Of a stretch of 64,000 bases of DNA, positions 35,358-45,015 are shown piece by piece. Source of the stretch: a virus; the IMG/VR virus record IMGVR_UViG_3300037487_001316, positions 1 to 64,000 of that record. One strand, given 5' to 3'. Positions within the stretch are counted from its first letter, which is position 1; every line of letters begins with the position of its first letter. Position numbers and translations under genes: made by a program. A model generated the notes under the pieces. The model searched no databases and had not been told where the DNA came from. It was given only the letters and a program-made list of their open reading frames with translations.

Positions 35358-35675
35358 ATGGATACAGTTCTACAAAAAGAAGTTACTATCCCTGCACAGC
35401 AAGTAAATTTTCTTGAGAGGCAGTTGGTTATCAACGGCTTTAAGAATTTCTCAGTATGTGTTTCAAATAATGGAACTACAGCGGTAATATCTTTCGAAGA
35501 TGAAGCGGAATATACAGTTTTCATCCTAAAAGATATACTTAGGAAAGCTAAAGAAGAATCCGGATACTATTTAATAGGTCCGGATTTTGATTTTATGATT
35601 CGTTTAGAAAAGAAATTAAAATCCTATAGTAAATTTGATGAATTCTTTATTAGAAAGAAAACAATAGATTTATAG
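35358..35675 (+). CDS. hypothetical protein
   Basis: 105-aa ORF. Confidence 0.55.
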   Translation: MDTVLQKEVTIPAQQVNFLERQLVINGFKNFSVCVSNNGTTAVISFEDEAEYTVFILKDILRKAKEESGYYLIGPDFDFMIRLEKKLKSYSKFDEFFIRKKTIDL

Positions 35676-35679
35676 ATCA

Positions 35680-35709
35680 TAAAAAAGCCCACATAAAGTG
35701 GGCTTTTTG
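35680..35709. terminator. bidirectional intrinsic terminator between convergent genes
   Basis: AAAAAAGCCCAC-ATAAA-GTGGGCTTTTT. Confidence 0.75.
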
Positions 35710-35725
35710 TTGAGCAAAATTTCTG

Positions 35726-36838
35726 TTAGACAGAGAATGTTGCACTTAGAGTAGCTTGAACAGGTGCCACATCAGGATCGGGGACAGTTACACTAGGTGC
35801 TACAAAATAACCAGTTCCGGCCACACCACCTATTGATGTAACTCTGTTACCGGTAAGCACTGTACTACCAGCGCCGGCTACAGGTGCAGGTGGTGCGTCA
35901 ATAGTAAAGGCAACCGGGGTAGTATATCCTGTACCCGGGGCATCTATCACTATAGATGTAACTCTATTGGCAGTAAGAACAGCGTGTGCAGTAGCATCGC
36001 TATTTCCACCCACTACAGCTACATTAGGTGCAACAGGATAAAAACCATTTGCAGCAGGATTTCCTACTACGACTGCTGCGTCAACAGCACCGGCGGTCGC
36101 GGTACCGGTGGCGGTAGCAGTTACGGCAGCAGGTGGTGGAGTAATTATAAGCGCCGCAGTGCCGGCATAAAAGCCGTTTGTAGCAGCATTGGTAACTGTT
36201 AAACCCAATACACCGTTTGTTAATGTTCTTGCGACAGTGACAGTGACGGGTGCCGGCGGGGCAGTAAGCGACACGCCCGAATACCCCATACCTGCTGAAT
36301 CGATAACAGCAGTAGCCACCGAACCACCTGCAATGGTAGTATGTGCAGCACCACCACCACCACCGCCAGTAAGTGTTACCGCAGGAGCAGTAAAATATCC
36401 TGCACCGGGGTCATTAACAGCAAGTGTTAACAATGCCCCGACAGAACCGGTACCTGTAATTAAATCAGCTTCGCCTAACGCAGCAGCAGGAATTGTCGAC
36501 CAGCTATAACTAGCGACTGAACCATCTGCCTCAAATAGATCTAATCTATACTGTGCAATTTTTGCACACGGACGAGCCGAACCGCCAAATGGTGTAGCAA
36601 GAATGAAACATTCGCCCGGATTTAATGCGCCAACACCGGTTGCATTAACCATAAACACAATCTCTGGTTCGTGTGTTAAAGCAGAGTCTTGAACAACATA
36701 TGCATTAGAACCTGTTTGTTTAATGATAAAATCGCCTGTTGCTGTAGTTCCATCAGCAAATTTAACTCCGCTAACTACAATTTGTGTACCTGGTGTTGTG
36801 GCAGGTCCAAACCACTTTTTCTGTATAGGTCTTCCCAT
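35726..36838 (-). CDS. Gly/Ala/Thr/Val-rich virion structural protein with G-x-G-Y repeats
   Basis: Repeats GAGYFTAPAVT, GMGY, GTGYTTP, GTGYFVAPSVT; AAGGA RBS. Confidence 0.65.
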   Translation of the reverse strand: MGRPIQKKWFGPATTPGTQIVVSGVKFADGTTATGDFIIKQTGSNAYVVQDSALTHEPEIVFMVNATGVGALNPGECFILATPFGGSARPCAKIAQYRLDLFEADGSVASYSWSTIPAAALGEADLITGTGSVGALLTLAVNDPGAGYFTAPAVTLTGGGGGGAAHTTIAGGSVATAVIDSAGMGYSGVSLTAPPAPVTVTVARTLTNGVLGLTVTNAATNGFYAGTAALIITPPPAAVTATATGTATAGAVDAAVVVGNPAANGFYPVAPNVAVVGGNSDATAHAVLTANRVTSIVIDAPGTGYTTPVAFTIDAPPAPVAGAGSTVLTGNRVTSIGGVAGTGYFVAPSVTVPDPDVAPVQATLSATFSV

Positions 36839-36926
36839 AATATTTTCCTTGAATAGGTCCCCTTAAATAAGGATCTCCATTATTCAGTGTGGAACTATTT
36901 CCACAATGTAAACTATTTATCACCAC

Positions 36927-36955
36927 TTGACACAAAATGCGTTTTGTGGCATAAT
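36927..36955 (+). promoter_or_regulatory. sigma70-type promoter for rIIA
   Basis: TTGACA-N17-CATAAT. Confidence 0.6.
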
Positions 36956-36989
36956 ACAAAGACGTTGTTAAATACAGAAAGAACACACA

Positions 36990-39134
36990 ATGAAGTTAGA
37001 CGTAGCAGTTAACGAAGTAGTCCTATCAAATGTCGGCACTACAGGCGAATTTAGAATCCGTAATTCAGCTAAAGCATTTGCTATTCTGTCAAGCGGGTTA
37101 TACAGCAATAAAATCAAAGCAATTATTCGTGAACTTAGCTGCAACGCGGTTGATAGTCACGTAGGTGCAGGAAAAGCAGAGGTGCCTTTTGAAGTGCATC
37201 TTCCTACATTCCTAGAACCTTGGTTCTCAGTTAAAGATTTTGGACTTGGTTTAGATGGTGACCAGGTTGTAAATATCTATACCACATATTTTGAATCTAC
37301 AAAGACTGATTCTAATGCATTTATTGGTGCATTAGGCCTTGGTTCAAAATCCCCATTCAGCTACACAGAAAACTTTACTGTAACAGCAATCAAGAACGGC
37401 ATTAGACGCATCTATAGTGCGTTTATTAACGAAGTGGGTGTGCCATCTATTGCTGAAATGAGTGAAGAACTTACAGATGAAGGTAATGGAGTTGAAGTAA
37501 AATTTAGTGTTACTGATCGTTATGACTATAATAGTTTCCGTAACGAAGCGCATAATGTGTTCTATTGGTTTGAACATAAGCCAACTATTACAGGTGATAA
37601 TGCTTTCGAACATCGCGGTGTAAAGTATAAAGAACAGAATGTTGTTCCTGGAGTACACGTTCGCAGTGATTCCGAAAGAGAATGCATTGCAATCATGGGT
37701 AATATCGCTTATCCATTAAATAATGTTCCAGAAGCAGAAAAGCACTTTGGTGAATTATCGTCTCTTTTAGATTGCGGACTGGTACTTGAATTTGGAATTG
37801 GTGATCTTGATTTTGCAGCATCTCGTGAACAACTTAGTTATATTCCGCTTACTATCAATAGTATTCGTACCAAACTTGAACAATTAAATGCTAATTTAGC
37901 TGCTCACTTGGCAACCAAAGCTGATGCAATAGTAGATGAATGGGATCGTGCAGAATTTCTGTATACCGAACATCGCACAAGATTGTATGCTTCTGCTGTG
38001 AAGAAGTATGTAATTGATACTAAATTTCCGTTATTTGACCCAGCATCATATCATGGCAAGAAAGATTTTACATTTCAGCTACCGGATCTGGAATCAAGAA
38101 AATTAGATATGAAAGCATTTCATGTGCGTGGTGATCGATCTAGTAAAATAGGTGAAAGTAGTACCTATATTAATAATACCCATGTTAGAACAATGCTTAT
38201 TCCGGTGGATAAGAATGTCGTTATTGTATTAAATGATTTGAAAACAGGGTGCGTAGCCCGTGCCCGATATCACTTTTCAAGTGATAGCAGATATTACGAT
38301 AAAATGGTATATTGTGTATCTCATACAGATACAGATTTAGCAGTTCGTCAGGCAGAATACAATAAGATTATTCAAGAATTGCATAAACCGCCTGTTGTGT
38401 TAAAGGCAAGCGAATTATCGATAAAGGAACGGACAAAACCATTATCTACAAATGGTATCGCAATCGCCGATCTTAAATCAAATGGCCGGCGTGGCTATGC
38501 AGATTCATATACTTGGTCGCCTTATTCGCAGGAGATTGATGAAAACGAAACATATTATTATGTATGTTTATGTAATCACGAATCTATTGACGTTAATGGT
38601 AAACCATTTAATATATTTAAGATTAAATCATTAATGGATGAATGTGGTGTCAAAGAAATTGAAAATATTAAGATCTTTGGTGTTCGTAAGAATCGTATTA
38701 AAGAAATTCAGAAGTTAGATAACTGGATTTGGATTGAAGATATTCTTAAGGAAGAAACAGCAAAAGTAGCTGATTCGCACATTGCATCATTGGTTGCATC
38801 AGAGATGCTTGACGCTTACTACAATAGAGTTTATACTAATACAACTGTCGCAAAACAAGTTGGACCAGACTCGGCCTATGCTAAGTATGTCAAAGAAGTA
38901 GGTAGTATTAAACGTGCATCAGGGAATGTAACTCAACTTGTTCAACTATGCGATATGTATGGTAAGAAGGTTCAGGTTGAAGCAGTTAAGAAAAGAATTC
39001 AAGACGCAAAAGATGAGATGTATACGAAGTATCCTTTAATGAAATATTTCAAAGATGCGTCTGATAAGGCAACCGAAAAAGATGCGATAGAGTATATTAA
39101 AATGGTAGATAAACAGGAGAAAACAAATGAGTAA
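36990..39134 (+). CDS. rIIA: rIIA protein
   Basis: GHKL ATPase motifs (LYSNKIKAIIRELSCNAVDSH, DFGLGL, GALGLGSKSPF); followed by rIIB. Confidence 0.9.
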   Translation: MKLDVAVNEVVLSNVGTTGEFRIRNSAKAFAILSSGLYSNKIKAIIRELSCNAVDSHVGAGKAEVPFEVHLPTFLEPWFSVKDFGLGLDGDQVVNIYTTYFESTKTDSNAFIGALGLGSKSPFSYTENFTVTAIKNGIRRIYSAFINEVGVPSIAEMSEELTDEGNGVEVKFSVTDRYDYNSFRNEAHNVFYWFEHKPTITGDNAFEHRGVKYKEQNVVPGVHVRSDSERECIAIMGNIAYPLNNVPEAEKHFGELSSLLDCGLVLEFGIGDLDFAASREQLSYIPLTINSIRTKLEQLNANLAAHLATKADAIVDEWDRAEFLYTEHRTRLYASAVKKYVIDTKFPLFDPASYHGKKDFTFQLPDLESRKLDMKAFHVRGDRSSKIGESSTYINNTHVRTMLIPVDKNVVIVLNDLKTGCVARARYHFSSDSRYYDKMVYCVSHTDTDLAVRQAEYNKIIQELHKPPVVLKASELSIKERTKPLSTNGIAIADLKSNGRRGYADSYTWSPYSQEIDENETYYYVCLCNHESIDVNGKPFNIFKIKSLMDECGVKEIENIKIFGVRKNRIKEIQKLDNWIWIEDILKEETAKVADSHIASLVASEMLDAYYNRVYTNTTVAKQVGPDSAYAKYVKEVGSIKRASGNVTQLVQLCDMYGKKVQVEAVKKRIQDAKDEMYTKYPLMKYFKDASDKATEKDAIEYIKMVDKQEKTNE

Positions 39135-40161
39135 CGCAGTTCCGTATCTAATTCAGGGTAAGAATATTATCCTTGTTATCGATGGCAAAAGCCACACAAT
39201 CAGCAAAGACACACACATTGCCTATGGCAAGATTGTTGATGCGTTAAAAGCCCAAGACTGGGACGCATTGCGCGAACATGTCGAGCCCGCAAAAGCAATT
39301 GTTAACTTTGGCAGAGGTTATGTAGCAATTAATGGTGGTAATGTATCTTGGAAAGGTCAGCCATTCCATAACGCACTTGCAACACGCATGATCGAAATGT
39401 ATCAAGATGGTTTCCCAATTGACCCAATGGTTCGGTTCATGGAAAACCTTATGCAGAATCCATCTAAGCGTTCTGTGGATCAAGTGTATGGCTTCCTGGA
39501 AAAGAATAGTCTCCCGATTACAGAAGACGGTTATTTCCTTGCTTATAAGAAAGTCCGTACAGATTATCTCGATATTTACACAGGCACTGTTGATAACAGC
39601 ATCGGCCAAGTAGTTCAGATGGATCGTAATTTAGTCGATGATAATCCTGAATCGCACTGTTCCACCGGTCTGCATTTCTGTAGTGAAAGCTACCTTAATG
39701 GTTTCGGTGGCGGCGGTGATCCAGTGATGATTCTAAAGATTAACCCGGCTGATGTAGTTAGTATTCCAACCGATTATAATGGTGCTAAAGGTCGCTGTAT
39801 GCGATATGAAGTAGTTGCACAAGTCAATGGTGATCCGAAAGATGCATTCGCTTCAGTAGTAAATGGTGAATATAAATCTACCACTAAGTTAAGTCCTATG
39901 TCATCCTGGCCTTTCCCAACAGACGAAGCCAGAGAAACATGGCCACCAGCAGGTAGTTGTCCAGGTACCTGTACAGATTGTACCTGTGACGAAGAATTCG
40001 AAGATGATGAAGAACTTTATGACTTAGTTCGTGTCTACGGTGGCTGGGTAGAATGTTCTGATTTAACATTAGAAGAAGCACGTAATAAAGTTGCCAGAAA
40101 TATGGCACAGAAGAAAGCAATGTTGAAGATCGTTAAGGCCGGAACCGACGAAGAGATTTAA
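39127..40161 (+). CDS. rIIB: rIIB protein
   Basis: LPITEDGYFLAYKKV; CSTGLHFCS; VVSIPTDYNGAKGRC. Confidence 0.9.
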   Translation: MSNAVPYLIQGKNIILVIDGKSHTISKDTHIAYGKIVDALKAQDWDALREHVEPAKAIVNFGRGYVAINGGNVSWKGQPFHNALATRMIEMYQDGFPIDPMVRFMENLMQNPSKRSVDQVYGFLEKNSLPITEDGYFLAYKKVRTDYLDIYTGTVDNSIGQVVQMDRNLVDDNPESHCSTGLHFCSESYLNGFGGGGDPVMILKINPADVVSIPTDYNGAKGRCMRYEVVAQVNGDPKDAFASVVNGEYKSTTKLSPMSSWPFPTDEARETWPPAGSCPGTCTDCTCDEEFEDDEELYDLVRVYGGWVECSDLTLEEARNKVARNMAQKKAMLKIVKAGTDEEI

Positions 40162-40193
40162 GGAAGAAGGGCATTATGCCCTTCCCTTGTATA

Positions 40194-40583
40194 ATGAGAA
40201 GAATAATATTTTTTCTTCTATTAATTAGTTCTATAAATCTATTTGCTAAAGGTAACGATATATTACCCGAGTCGGTAACACCGTTGCAAATAAGTCAGCT
40301 ATTTGTAGAACAGAATAAGATAGATATCAAGAATCTTATTGATTTAGTAGATAAAGAAGAAAAGATTGTGTTTTGTATCAACGAATATATACAGAAACAA
40401 TCTAAATCGTATTCGAAAATTGTGCAGAATAACCTATATGATTTGATACATAACTTTGATCGTATAGCTTCGAGAATTTATGGTAAGAAGCAACCGGTAG
40501 ATGAAATACCATATGAGGATAAGATAGAAGCCTTGGCAAGAGTACAATGCGAAGCGTATTATGCGTTAAAGGTGTTAAAGTAG
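40194..40583 (+). CDS. hypothetical secreted protein
   Basis: Signal peptide-like N-terminus. Confidence 0.55.
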   Translation: MRRIIFFLLLISSINLFAKGNDILPESVTPLQISQLFVEQNKIDIKNLIDLVDKEEKIVFCINEYIQKQSKSYSKIVQNNLYDLIHNFDRIASRIYGKKQPVDEIPYEDKIEALARVQCEAYYALKVLK

Positions 40584-40586
40584 TTT

Positions 40587-40776
40587 AAGTATGTGGCTTT
40601 GTAGAGCCGGTCGAGTACCTGCAATCAACAAGTAGCGCCAATGTGAAAAATGCTGTGCATAGCATACATGTGTCTATTAAGGATGGTGCGGCACTTTCTT
40701 CTACAGAAGGAATGTAACCGCGGAGGTTCCGCAATGTAGGACGGGGAACTTAGGTGGGGTGCCTAAGTACATACTT
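40587..40776 (+). ncRNA. unnamed structured RNA (about 190 nt) upstream of UDP-glucose dehydrogenase
   Basis: AAGTATGT/ACATACTT closure; ATGCT/AGCAT, GCGGA/TCCGC and ACTTAGGT/GCCTAAGT helices. Confidence 0.6.
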
Positions 40777-40778
40777 TG

Positions 40779-40813
40779 ATACGGTGGCAGGGCAACTTGC
40801 CACCGTATTTTTT
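40779..40813 (+). terminator. intrinsic terminator
   Basis: ATACGGTGGCAGG-GCAA-CTTGCCACCGTAT-TTTTTT. Confidence 0.75.
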
Positions 40814-40824
40814 TGGAGTAAGAA

Positions 40825-41685
40825 ATGTTAAAAAATATTGCGTTTATAGGTTATGGTTTTGTCGGAAAAGCTTGTCATAAAGCATTTGAACATAATACCG
40901 AAGCTATTATAATTGACCCGAAATATTCAACCACAACAATAAGTGATTTACAGATAAGTAATCCACCGCTTGTTTTTGTATCGATTAATGCTCCAACTTT
41001 AGATGATAGGTCAGTGGATGCATCGGTAATTTACAATATATTTCAACAGTTAGCAGATATAGAATATGCAGGGTTGGTTGTTTTAAAGAGTACTTTGCCG
41101 CCAGCAATAGTAGAAGACTTATACATTAAATTTGGTAAAGATTCGATAATGAATAAGGAAGGCGCCTTGCGGTATATTTATTCACCAGAATTTTTAAGAG
41201 AAAAAGAATGGGAAAAAGATGCTTTAGAACCGGATCAAATAATTATGGCTGGAAATTATCATGATTGTATAGCGTTAGAGATAATATATAGAAATCATTC
41301 TAATATTAATTGTATTGATGTTATATTTAATAAAGTAGATTATAGGGCAGCAGCATTGGCTAAATATGCTATAAATTCCTATCTTGCAAGCAAGGTTGTA
41401 TTTATGAATCAGCTTCAGCAGTTGTATAGAGACACATATGACGAGTATAATCATTTACCGTCAATGGATTGGGCAGAATTTATTAATATGATCGCCTCTG
41501 ATCCAAGGATAGGTGATTCTCATTTAGATGTGCCTGGTCCCGATGGAAACTTTGGTTATGGTGGCACTTGTTTTCCTAAGGATGTAAAAGCAATGATTGG
41601 GTTTGATAAAGAGAATAGATTAACAGTATTAAGAGAAGCTGAATTAGCTAATACAAAGATTAGATTGGTTGGAAATAGTAAATGA
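40825..41685 (+). CDS. UDP-glucose/GDP-mannose dehydrogenase family protein (short form)
   Basis: GYGFVG; KST; SPEFLRE; KYAINSYLASK; GYGGTCFPKD. Confidence 0.85.
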   Translation: MLKNIAFIGYGFVGKACHKAFEHNTEAIIIDPKYSTTTISDLQISNPPLVFVSINAPTLDDRSVDASVIYNIFQQLADIEYAGLVVLKSTLPPAIVEDLYIKFGKDSIMNKEGALRYIYSPEFLREKEWEKDALEPDQIIMAGNYHDCIALEIIYRNHSNINCIDVIFNKVDYRAAALAKYAINSYLASKVVFMNQLQQLYRDTYDEYNHLPSMDWAEFINMIASDPRIGDSHLDVPGPDGNFGYGGTCFPKDVKAMIGFDKENRLTVLREAELANTKIRLVGNSK

Positions 41686-42050
41686 AATATTTATTTTTAG
41701 ATGACGAAAGAATGCCGAAAGATGTTAAATGGATACTTATCGGTGGTGTCGGTTCTTGGGGAGCAGACTGGCAAATTGTCAGATCTTACGACGAAGCAAT
41801 TAAATGGGTAAAAGACAATGGATTTCCAGATGTCATCTCATTCGACCATGATTTGGGTTTGATGCATTATGCTAATGATTACTCTGATGGAAAGACGGGT
41901 TATGATTTTGCCAAATGGTTGGTCGAATATGATATGGATACAAATAGCATGCCAGAAACTTTTTCATTCACAGTGCATAGTAAGAACCCACAAGGAACAA
42001 TAAATATAGAGTCACTATTAAATAATTACATAAGATATAAGAGGAAATAA
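41682..42050 (+). CDS. cyclic-phosphate-processing receiver-domain protein
   Basis: LFLDDERMP; ISFDHDLG; TGYDFAKWL; VHSKNPQG. Confidence 0.75.
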   Translation: MKYLFLDDERMPKDVKWILIGGVGSWGADWQIVRSYDEAIKWVKDNGFPDVISFDHDLGLMHYANDYSDGKTGYDFAKWLVEYDMDTNSMPETFSFTVHSKNPQGTINIESLLNNYIRYKRK

Positions 42051-42051
42051 A

Positions 42052-42216
42052 ATGAGCGCTGGAATAATGAGAAATTGGCAAGTATCTAAACTATTAAAGT
42101 CTAAGAATCCTATCGAATATTTTTTTGCGATGCAAGAATATATGGTATATGAACTTAGTGTTATTAGATTTAATACGAGCGAAAAATTTAAAGAGTTTTT
42201 CGATAAATATAATTAA
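42052..42216 (+). CDS. hypothetical protein (54 aa)
   Basis: GAGGA RBS, ATG 42052. Confidence 0.45.
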   Translation: MSAGIMRNWQVSKLLKSKNPIEYFFAMQEYMVYELSVIRFNTSEKFKEFFDKYN

Positions 42217-42220
42217 CAAC

Positions 42221-42299
42221 TACCTTTAGGACCGTTGTGGCTACTGCCGAAATGCAGGCGTCAGGGGCAAATAATTCGCTACTATTTGCCCCTAATTTT
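42221..42299 (+). ncRNA. structured leader or small RNA
   Basis: CTTTAGGACCG..GGCTAC motif shared with 13981..14010; 11-bp hairpin AGGGGCAAATA/TATTTGCCCCT. Confidence 0.4.
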
Positions 42300-42313
42300 A
42301 CATCGGATACATT

Positions 42314-42475
42314 ATGAGACTATTTGAATTATTTGAAGCAAAGCCTGCCAAGAAGCCTGTTGTACCATCTACGACACCACGAAACTTTGTTGCCAAGAAT
42401 GCTCCTACATCTGGTGCAGGTCCTCATACAGCCAAAAAATTTACCCGCAAAGAAAAACATAAGAATAAAGTTTAA
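42314..42475 (+). CDS. 53-aa basic protein with ArfA-like RKxKH tail
   Basis: MRLFELFEAKPAKK...RNFVAKNAPTSGAGPHTAKKFTRKEKHKNKV. Confidence 0.55.
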   Translation: MRLFELFEAKPAKKPVVPSTTPRNFVAKNAPTSGAGPHTAKKFTRKEKHKNKV

Positions 42476-42597
42476 TACTGTTAATTCTTAGAGTTTTTAT
42501 CCTTTCTCACTAAATACCCTCTTAGTAACAACCAAGATTAGTTGCTATTCTGTTTTAGTCTCAGCTAAAATAGTCACATATCACGAGGATAACATTT

Positions 42598-43761
42598 ATG
42601 GCAGTTAATAAGCAGACAGGAAACTTTGAAATGTGGTCTAGACCTACCTTTTCAATCATAACAAAATCTGATAAAAATTTCAAATCAAACTTTCATGGAG
42701 CAATGATGTATGCTCATTATGAGCTATCTGCCGCCCAGTTAAAACAGGAAGTTGTTAAGTATATAAAACACATAGATCCGAAACATCGGTTATTGGCTCG
42801 CATTACAGATATGCATGAAAATAGATTTGTCACGGTCGGTAAGTATATGTATGTATTAAACCATGGTGCTGATATACCAGATGATGTTATGGCTAAATTA
42901 ATGCCGGCACTTGAGAAGGTAATAAATGAGGAAAACGCGAAAATCGCTGAGATCAATAAGGAGGCAAAGTATCTCGCCTCTAAAGAAGACGGCACTAAGA
43001 ACATTAACCCAGTTCCTAAAGTGGTTATCTCTATCCAAGATAGACTCCGCGAAAAGGCACGAGAGGTTTCGGGGGAAGTGGAAGGGTGGATAGATGACTT
43101 CTGTATGGATAAGAAACTTCCAGTGAAGACTGTAGATGATTTTGTAAATCTATTCAAAACATATGATTTGAAGGCACAACATATGCGGCACATAAAGGAA
43201 ATATTTACTCGTCGTAAAAATGAGATTTCTGAAGCTGTAGAAGGTAAAGATAAGGATCTAACAGAAGCATATTCGAATTATACAAAGGCAGAACTTAAGA
43301 AGAGCGATCTGTTTAATAAGAATTTATTTAAAGCCTGTGATATGCTTCAAGAAGTCGCCAAGGTAGAACGAGCACCACGCAAGAAGAAACCTGTTTCTCA
43401 TGATAAAGTTATTTCTAAGCTTAAATTTAAGAAAGATGATTCTTCATTGGGTATTGTGAGTCTTAATCCTGTACATATTATTGGAGCAAAGGAAGTATGG
43501 ACCTATAATGTTAAAACACGCAAATTGTCTCAGTATAAAGCGGTCGAAGGCGTTGGACTAAGTGTTAAAGGGGCTAGTTTGTTGAATTATTCTGCAGATT
43601 CTGTAGAAAAAACACTACGTAAGCCTGTAGAGATGCTCGCAGACTTTAAGAAGGCTAGTAAGGTTAAACTTCGCACTTTTTTAAAGGATCTAAGCACATT
43701 AGATATTCCATGTAGCGGCAAACTAAACGAGCACCATGTTATTCTAAGGATTGACAAATGA
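42598..43761 (+). CDS. hypothetical phage protein
   Basis: 387-aa ORF, GAGGA RBS. Confidence 0.7.
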   Translation: MAVNKQTGNFEMWSRPTFSIITKSDKNFKSNFHGAMMYAHYELSAAQLKQEVVKYIKHIDPKHRLLARITDMHENRFVTVGKYMYVLNHGADIPDDVMAKLMPALEKVINEENAKIAEINKEAKYLASKEDGTKNINPVPKVVISIQDRLREKAREVSGEVEGWIDDFCMDKKLPVKTVDDFVNLFKTYDLKAQHMRHIKEIFTRRKNEISEAVEGKDKDLTEAYSNYTKAELKKSDLFNKNLFKACDMLQEVAKVERAPRKKKPVSHDKVISKLKFKKDDSSLGIVSLNPVHIIGAKEVWTYNVKTRKLSQYKAVEGVGLSVKGASLLNYSADSVEKTLRKPVEMLADFKKASKVKLRTFLKDLSTLDIPCSGKLNEHHVILRIDK

Positions 43762-44231
43762 TATTATTTCTTGACACAGAGTTTACAGATCTTGTTCCAG
43801 GTAACAAACTTATCAGCATTGCATTAGTTAATGAGTTTGAAGACTTCTTCTATGCCGAATTAACCGATACATATGAGTTGAAAGATTGTTCGGAGTTTGT
43901 CAAGAGTTTTGTATTGCCGTTCCTAAAAGGCGGCGAATATCGTATGTCATCCTATGATTGTGCTTTAAAATTGGGTGCGTGGATAGAGAATCAATCGGGT
44001 CAGTGTATATTAGGATGCGATAATCCTGGGTGGGATACACCACATTTACATCGTTTGCTTGATCCGTTGTGGCCTGCTAATCTACACAGAAATCAATACC
44101 TGCCTGTATGTGTTCCGGCACACATTGAAGAAGATCTTGTGCTAGAAAACAACTATGATATTCATAATGCCCTAGATGATGCTATGGTAATGAAGAAGGC
44201 CACGGACTTGCAGAAGAAGCTCAAGTATTGA
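43758..44231 (+). CDS. DEDDh 3'-5' exonuclease
   Basis: FLDTEFT; WD; HNALDDA. Confidence 0.85.
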   Translation: MILFLDTEFTDLVPGNKLISIALVNEFEDFFYAELTDTYELKDCSEFVKSFVLPFLKGGEYRMSSYDCALKLGAWIENQSGQCILGCDNPGWDTPHLHRLLDPLWPANLHRNQYLPVCVPAHIEEDLVLENNYDIHNALDDAMVMKKATDLQKKLKY

Positions 44232-44265
44232 TAAATAGTGTATCACTGGAGTTGATACACATATG
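44230..44265 (+). promoter_or_regulatory. late promoter plus RBS-enclosing hairpin
   Basis: GATAAATA-GTGTATCA-CTGGAGT-TGATACAC-ATATG. Confidence 0.6.
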
Positions 44266-45015
44266 TCCTCACAAATTACGCCGAGAGTTTTGTTAATGAA
44301 GCAAATCGAGCTACAGCTCGGTTCGCAAATGGTTGATGTTGAATTAGATGTCGAGCACTTAAATCTTGCAATTACAATTGGTATCCAGAAATTGCGTCAG
44401 CAATCAGATGGGGCTAATCTTGAGAAGGATATTTTTCTACACATTACACGGGACATAACGGAGTATACTCTTCCAGATGAGGTGCAAGAAGTTAGGCGTC
44501 TATACCGCCGTGGTGTTGGTGCATACACTAATGGTGGGGTAAATTTTGACCCGGTTGATGCTGCATTTTACAATATCTATTTGTTACAACCAAATAGATC
44601 AGGTGGATTAGCAACCTGGGATATGTATAATCAGTTCCTAGAAACCACAGAAAGATTATTTGCAAGTCAATTAAACTTTACATGGGATGTCAATTCACAT
44701 AACCTAACAATTATTCGTCGTCCAACAGCCGATGAAGAAGTTGTAGTTCGTGTGTATGCTAGTAAATCCGAAGATGACATATTGAATGACCCTTATACAG
44801 GTCCTTGGTTGCGTTCCTATTCTACAGCATATTCTAAATATATGCTAGGTGAGGCAAGAGATAAATTTCCGGGAGGATTTCCTGGACCAAACGGTAATGT
44901 TACGTTGAACGGTGCATCTCTTAAACAAGAAGCACAGACAGAGATGGATAAACTTGAATTACAACTTCAGAATCTAGTAACTTCATCGGATGGATATTCA
45001 TTCGTGATAGGTTAA
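44263..45015 (+). CDS. gp13: neck protein (T4 gp13-like)
   Basis: LQLGSQMVDVEL; WLRSYSTA..K..LGEARDKF..PGPNG.VTLNG..LKQEA. Confidence 0.8.
   Translation: MSSQITPRVLLMKQIELQLGSQMVDVELDVEHLNLAITIGIQKLRQQSDGANLEKDIFLHITRDITEYTLPDEVQEVRRLYRRGVGAYTNGGVNFDPVDAAFYNIYLLQPNRSGGLATWDMYNQFLETTERLFASQLNFTWDVNSHNLTIIRRPTADEEVVVRVYASKSEDDILNDPYTGPWLRSYSTAYSKYMLGEARDKFPGGFPGPNGNVTLNGASLKQEAQTEMDKLELQLQNLVTSSDGYSFVIG

Noticed and set aside
34979-35524. Minus-strand ORFs over tRNA-Ser/Arg and the charged peptide
   Set aside because: Shadow frames of + strand features
35984-36509. Plus-strand ORFs inside 35726..36838
   Set aside because: Antisense shadows of a Gly/Ala/Thr-rich gene
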